Assembly: GCA_965217865.1 (NCBI GenBank)
Contig: CBDCJO010000002.1
Span: 4,224,001-4,288,000 of the forward strand
Direction of reading: 5' to 3'
Length of the DNA: 64,000 nucleotides
DNA from: Candidatus Latescibacterota bacterium
GTDB taxonomy: Bacteria > Latescibacterota > UBA2968 > SICM01
Shown here one piece after another: positions 60,165 through 64,000 of this stretch; the first letter of the stretch is position 1, and each line of letters starts with the position of its first letter. The notes beneath the pieces were generated by a model. The model did no database searches. It was given only the letters and a program-made list of their open reading frames with translations, and was not told where the DNA came from. The translations under genes were made by a program, and so were the position numbers.

Positions 60165-60242
60165 TTGTCTAAGCTCAAGAAACCGAAGAAAAAAGTGATA
60201 CGGATGTCTAATGATGTACGGTACCGTCTTCGATCCACCCGC

Positions 60243-61277
60243 CTACTCCATCCACTTTTCCGTTGCGCTCAACACCTGTTCCACCCCATCCTGCCAACCG
60301 GGAATCTCCTCCTGCAGTTTACATTCCGTTACCGCCATAGCCACGTAGGGCAAAAACCCATTGAGGGACTTGATATCCGCTTCCCCAACCAGAACATCTT
60401 TTTTCATCCGATCCACTTCCAGGAGCGCGAGGACATCCTCACCCCTGTATACAGGCAGGAACCCGAGGCTGTTAATGGCAAAACCCCGACGAACCTCATC
60501 CGGATCTTTCACCCAGACACGGGTCCCCTTCTTCACGGCCTCCCGAAAGGCCTGCGTTACCGCTTCAGTCTGCCCTAAACCGATATTTTGCAATTCCTCT
60601 TTCGGTACCCTCGACCCGGCTTCCAGGAATCCCACTGCGGCCATCAATTTTATCCCATCGTCGCCATCCGGCGCGTAGAGGGCCCCGGCGTCACAGTTGC
60701 ACAGATCCATCGCGAGCCTTATCGCCAGGCTCAGCGACTCTTCGGGATCCTGAAGGGAGAGCAGGTGTCTGAGCAGCTCATCCCGGGCTTCCAGTTCTTG
60801 AAGCCGGAGGTGAAGTTCCCGGGTTCGCTCCTCCACACGCCTTTCCAGGTGCTCGTTCGCTTCCTGAAGCTCCTTTTGAAGGTTGCGGATGGACAAATGG
60901 GTCTCGATGCGCGCCAGCACCTCCTCAATCTGAAAGGGCTTGGTGATGTAATCGACCCCGCCAACTCCGAATGCCTTTACCTTGTCAAGCGGCTCGTCCA
61001 ATGCACTGATAAAGATAACAGGGATCTCTCGCGATTCGGGTTCGGCCTTCAAACGACGGCAGACTTCATACCCGTCCATTTTGGGCATGTTGATGTCAAG
61101 CAGGATCAGGTCGGGTGGGGCCGATCGCACCGCAGTGAGGGCCATCGAACCGTTTGGCACACCGCGCACTTTATACGATTGATCGGACAGCATCTGGAAC
61201 AAAACGCGGAGGTTGGCCAAAATATCATCAACGACCAGGATATTGCCTTTGGTGACATCGTCTTCTGGGTTGTCCAT
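60243..61277 (-). CDS. Response regulator with C-terminal GAF-like domain
   Basis: REC + coiled coil LERRVEERT + CDAGALY..FLPVY..LLEVD. Confidence 0.85.
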   Translation of the reverse strand: MDNPEDDVTKGNILVVDDILANLRVLFQMLSDQSYKVRGVPNGSMALTAVRSAPPDLILLDINMPKMDGYEVCRRLKAEPESREIPVIFISALDEPLDKVKAFGVGGVDYITKPFQIEEVLARIETHLSIRNLQKELQEANEHLERRVEERTRELHLRLQELEARDELLRHLLSLQDPEESLSLAIRLAMDLCNCDAGALYAPDGDDGIKLMAAVGFLEAGSRVPKEELQNIGLGQTEAVTQAFREAVKKGTRVWVKDPDEVRRGFAINSLGFLPVYRGEDVLALLEVDRMKKDVLVGEADIKSLNGFLPYVAMAVTECKLQEEIPGWQDGVEQVLSATEKWME

Positions 61278-61362
61278 AGTGAATTCTCCTGTTTTCTAGC
61301 TTCTACCAGATCTCACGACTCGTAAGTCCCAAGGGACGAGGAAGCGGCACAATCTAGCCACT

Positions 61363-63606
61363 TTACTTTTCCTGTTCCGTCAAGCCCATAATCTGTTCGA
61401 ACTGAAACCCCACAACGAGTGCACGTAGCCCTTCCGCCACATCGCCGTCTTCGCCTTTGATCCTTTCGATCAATCTGAGTATCATCTCTGCGTCCGCCAT
61501 GGTTGCCGCCTCGTGTACCTCTGCAACCCATTCCGGGGACAATACGGACAGGGTTTCTTGTGTCAGCCCCTGGCGAGAAGTGGATTCTGCCGGAGGAGGC
61601 TCGGCTTTATCTTCGTACACAAACCGCACCCCCAGATGATTCGCCATGGCCTCGAAGATCTCCTCCGCCCGAAACGGTTTCCGAATGAAACCTTCGCAGC
61701 CCGCAGAAAGAACGATCGACCGCTGCTCCTCAAACGCACTCGCCGTTATAGCAATGATCACGGTGTCCTGTCCCTTTGGCATCGCCTTGATCCGCTTTGT
61801 CGCCTCGTATCCGTCCATCACGGGCATCTGCATGTCCATCCAGATCAGATGCGGCTCCCACCCGTCCCACACCTCAATCCCTTCCTGCCCGTTTTCAGCC
61901 CCCCGCACATCAAACCCCAGCGGGGCCAGCAGATCCAGCAACAGCTTTCGGCTTTCAAACACATCCTCTACCACCAGGATGCGGTAGACCGGCTGGCCCG
62001 GCTCGAGCCCAATCACACCCCGCGCCGGCTGTTCCACCGGCGCCTCTATTGCTTCGGCCATCCCCATCCGCACGTCGAACCGGAAGACGGATCCCTTGCC
62101 TTCCTCGCTGCTCGCCGTCAACTCCCCCCCCATCAGCATGACGAACTGCTGGCTGATCGGCAGCCCCAGGCCTGTGCCCTCCTGCTTCTTCTGACCCGAA
62201 GCCGTCTGAACGAAGGCGTCGAACAGGACCGTCATCTCTTCTGCGGCAATTCCCGGACCCGAATCTTCAACCTCAAATATCAGACGGGTGTCCGAGTCCG
62301 CTTCCCGATAGCCCACACGCAGGGTCACGCCTCCCTCTTCGGTGAACTTGATCGCATTCCCAACAAGGTTGATCAGAACCTGCCGAAGCTTGTTCTCATC
62401 CGTTCGTATTAATTGAGGCACGCTCGGGTCCAGGTCCAGGATCAACCGAAGGCCTTTATCCTTCGCACGGAGACCGAGCATCTCTTCCAGGTTATTCAGA
62501 AGACGATACAGGTTGAAGTCCTCCTCGTTCAGCACGATCTGCCCTGCTTCGATCTTTGACATATCGAGCACGTCGTTGATCAGGGTCAAAAGGTGTTCAC
62601 CGCTTTGGCCGATCACCCTCAAGTTCTCCTGTTGTTCAGCCGTGAGCCCTTTATTCCGGGTCATCAACTGAGAAAAACCCAGGATGGCGTTGAGGGGAGT
62701 GCGAAGTTCATGGCTCATGTTCGCAAGAAACACGCTCTTCGCCCGGTTGGCCGCCTCCGCGGCGACACGGGCTTCCTGGGCTTCTCCCCCTGCTTTTGCT
62801 AACTCTTTGGTACGCTCATTCACCTTCTGTTCCAAATTTCGGTTGGAATCCTCCAATTCCCTGTTGCTCCGCTTCAGTGCCTCAAACAGCCCCTTTATCG
62901 AACCGCTCATCACCTCGAAATTCTTCGCGAGGTTTCCTATCTCATCGTGGCTGCTTGTATCGATGGAGGCTTCTAAATCCCCATTTGCAATCCGTGTCGC
63001 GGAATCCTGGAGCCCCAATAAAGGACGAGAGATATACCGGCGTGTGATAACGATGGACGTCAGAAAAATAGATATGATGATCAGAATAGTTAAAGTGATT
63101 GTGCCCGAAATATTATAAAGGAGCGCCTTCCTGCTTCTCTCATTCGACATCGCGAGATGAATTGTGGCGATTTTATCCCCTTCATGAAGAATATTCTTAG
63201 CTTTGACGATAAATTGGGAAGACTGTTCAAAATAGGCATAATCCATTTGCTGAAATTCCGGATGCGCCTTCTCTGCTACTACGTTTGGACCCTCAAATAT
63301 TTTCACGTAAACCACGGACTCATCCGAAAATAGAGCCCCCACAAAACTGTTCACAGTCTCCTGGTCAAAGTTCCAGAGCGGTTCGACCAGGCTGATCCCC
63401 GCGATTTCCATCGTATTGTCCAGATGGGACTCAAGCTCGGTGTTGATTCTGGATACACTCACGAATATAACGATCCCGGCAAAAACGAGAAGAAGCAGCG
63501 TCACGACGCCGATAAGATTATAACTCAAACGGCGGCTAAGGCTGTAGAACCGGGGAGAATGTTTGGATGCTTTTTCCACGAATATTCCCGGAGCAAAAAC
63601 TAACAC
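61363..63606 (-). CDS. Hybrid sensor histidine kinase (TM-HAMP-HisKA-HATPase-REC)
   Basis: FLANMSHELRTPLN, NLVGNAIKFT, DSGPG, GTGLGL, WMDMQMP. Confidence 0.93.
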   Translation of the reverse strand: MLVFAPGIFVEKASKHSPRFYSLSRRLSYNLIGVVTLLLLVFAGIVIFVSVSRINTELESHLDNTMEIAGISLVEPLWNFDQETVNSFVGALFSDESVVYVKIFEGPNVVAEKAHPEFQQMDYAYFEQSSQFIVKAKNILHEGDKIATIHLAMSNERSRKALLYNISGTITLTILIIISIFLTSIVITRRYISRPLLGLQDSATRIANGDLEASIDTSSHDEIGNLAKNFEVMSGSIKGLFEALKRSNRELEDSNRNLEQKVNERTKELAKAGGEAQEARVAAEAANRAKSVFLANMSHELRTPLNAILGFSQLMTRNKGLTAEQQENLRVIGQSGEHLLTLINDVLDMSKIEAGQIVLNEEDFNLYRLLNNLEEMLGLRAKDKGLRLILDLDPSVPQLIRTDENKLRQVLINLVGNAIKFTEEGGVTLRVGYREADSDTRLIFEVEDSGPGIAAEEMTVLFDAFVQTASGQKKQEGTGLGLPISQQFVMLMGGELTASSEEGKGSVFRFDVRMGMAEAIEAPVEQPARGVIGLEPGQPVYRILVVEDVFESRKLLLDLLAPLGFDVRGAENGQEGIEVWDGWEPHLIWMDMQMPVMDGYEATKRIKAMPKGQDTVIIAITASAFEEQRSIVLSAGCEGFIRKPFRAEEIFEAMANHLGVRFVYEDKAEPPPAESTSRQGLTQETLSVLSPEWVAEVHEAATMADAEMILRLIERIKGEDGDVAEGLRALVVGFQFEQIMGLTEQEK

Positions 63607-63611
63607 ACGCT

Positions 63612-63935
63612 TCAGGGGCTGTATTTTTTTACGATTTTCTCAAGTTCTCCATTGGCTTTCAATTTGTCCAATGCATCCTGAAGCTCCGCCACGACCCGGT
63701 CATCCGTGTCTTTATGAATGGCGTAATAATAATGGGTCCTCTTCAGGCTGTAAATCACCTCGTAATCACGAGGATTTTCACCTATGGACTTGAGCGTCCA
63801 GAATACTACAGTTACGCCGTACGCCCACATATCGATCCGGTCTTTTTTTAAGTTTTTCGCCGTGCTGATCCCTGAATTCGTCTGGCGAAGGTTCTCTTTC
63901 TTCACCCCGAATTCTAAAAGAAGCTGTTCGCCCAC
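63612..63935 (-). CDS. Substrate-binding protein, C-terminal part only
   Basis: RIDMWAY..YYAIHK..LQDALDKLKANGELEKIVKKY; 5' part not in frame or not in the window. Confidence 0.7.
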   Translation of the reverse strand: MGEQLLLEFGVKKENLRQTNSGISTAKNLKKDRIDMWAYGVTVVFWTLKSIGENPRDYEVIYSLKRTHYYYAIHKDTDDRVVAELQDALDKLKANGELEKIVKKYSP

Positions 63936-64000
63936 ATCGTCGCTAAAGCGTCGGTCGAAACCGTTACCTCCGCATTAACGCGATTTGTCGCCCGGTCTTT

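Noticed and set aside
1-64000. tRNA/rRNA genes, prophage, retron or other defence operon
   Set aside because: No recognisable tRNA, rRNA, phage structural, reverse transcriptase or known defence motifs seen by eye.

Overview
GC-rich bacterial chromosome segment. The gene content (FliG-C fusions, FapA, family-B polymerase) suggests a Latescibacterota-like lineage, which is inference only. Bases 1-11073 hold an array of ten gene cassettes separated by attC-like hairpin sites, and no integron integrase is visible in the window. The site arms look like 11-bp XerD arms (AT-N6-TAA), most cassettes carry 14-23 bp terminal inverted repeats with a recurring G:T mismatch at position 11, and the array ends on a non-hairpin dif-like site. 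This may be a Xer-type cassette system rather than a classical integron. One site is interrupted by an IS1111-type (IS110 family) element whose downstream non-coding region has two similar guide loops. The rest holds IS1595 and IS3 elements with target duplications, a broken TonB receptor, dppABC with a desaturase inserted, thyA, GT2/radical SAM genes, nfeD/SPFH, two dipeptidases, polB-prmA-rsmE-hinT-aroQ, phosphosugar mutases, radC and an HK/REC/FapA/adenylate cyclase cluster. It also has a modular intergenic repeat family and heptamer repeats. Several frameshifts sit in homopolymers and may be assembly errors.
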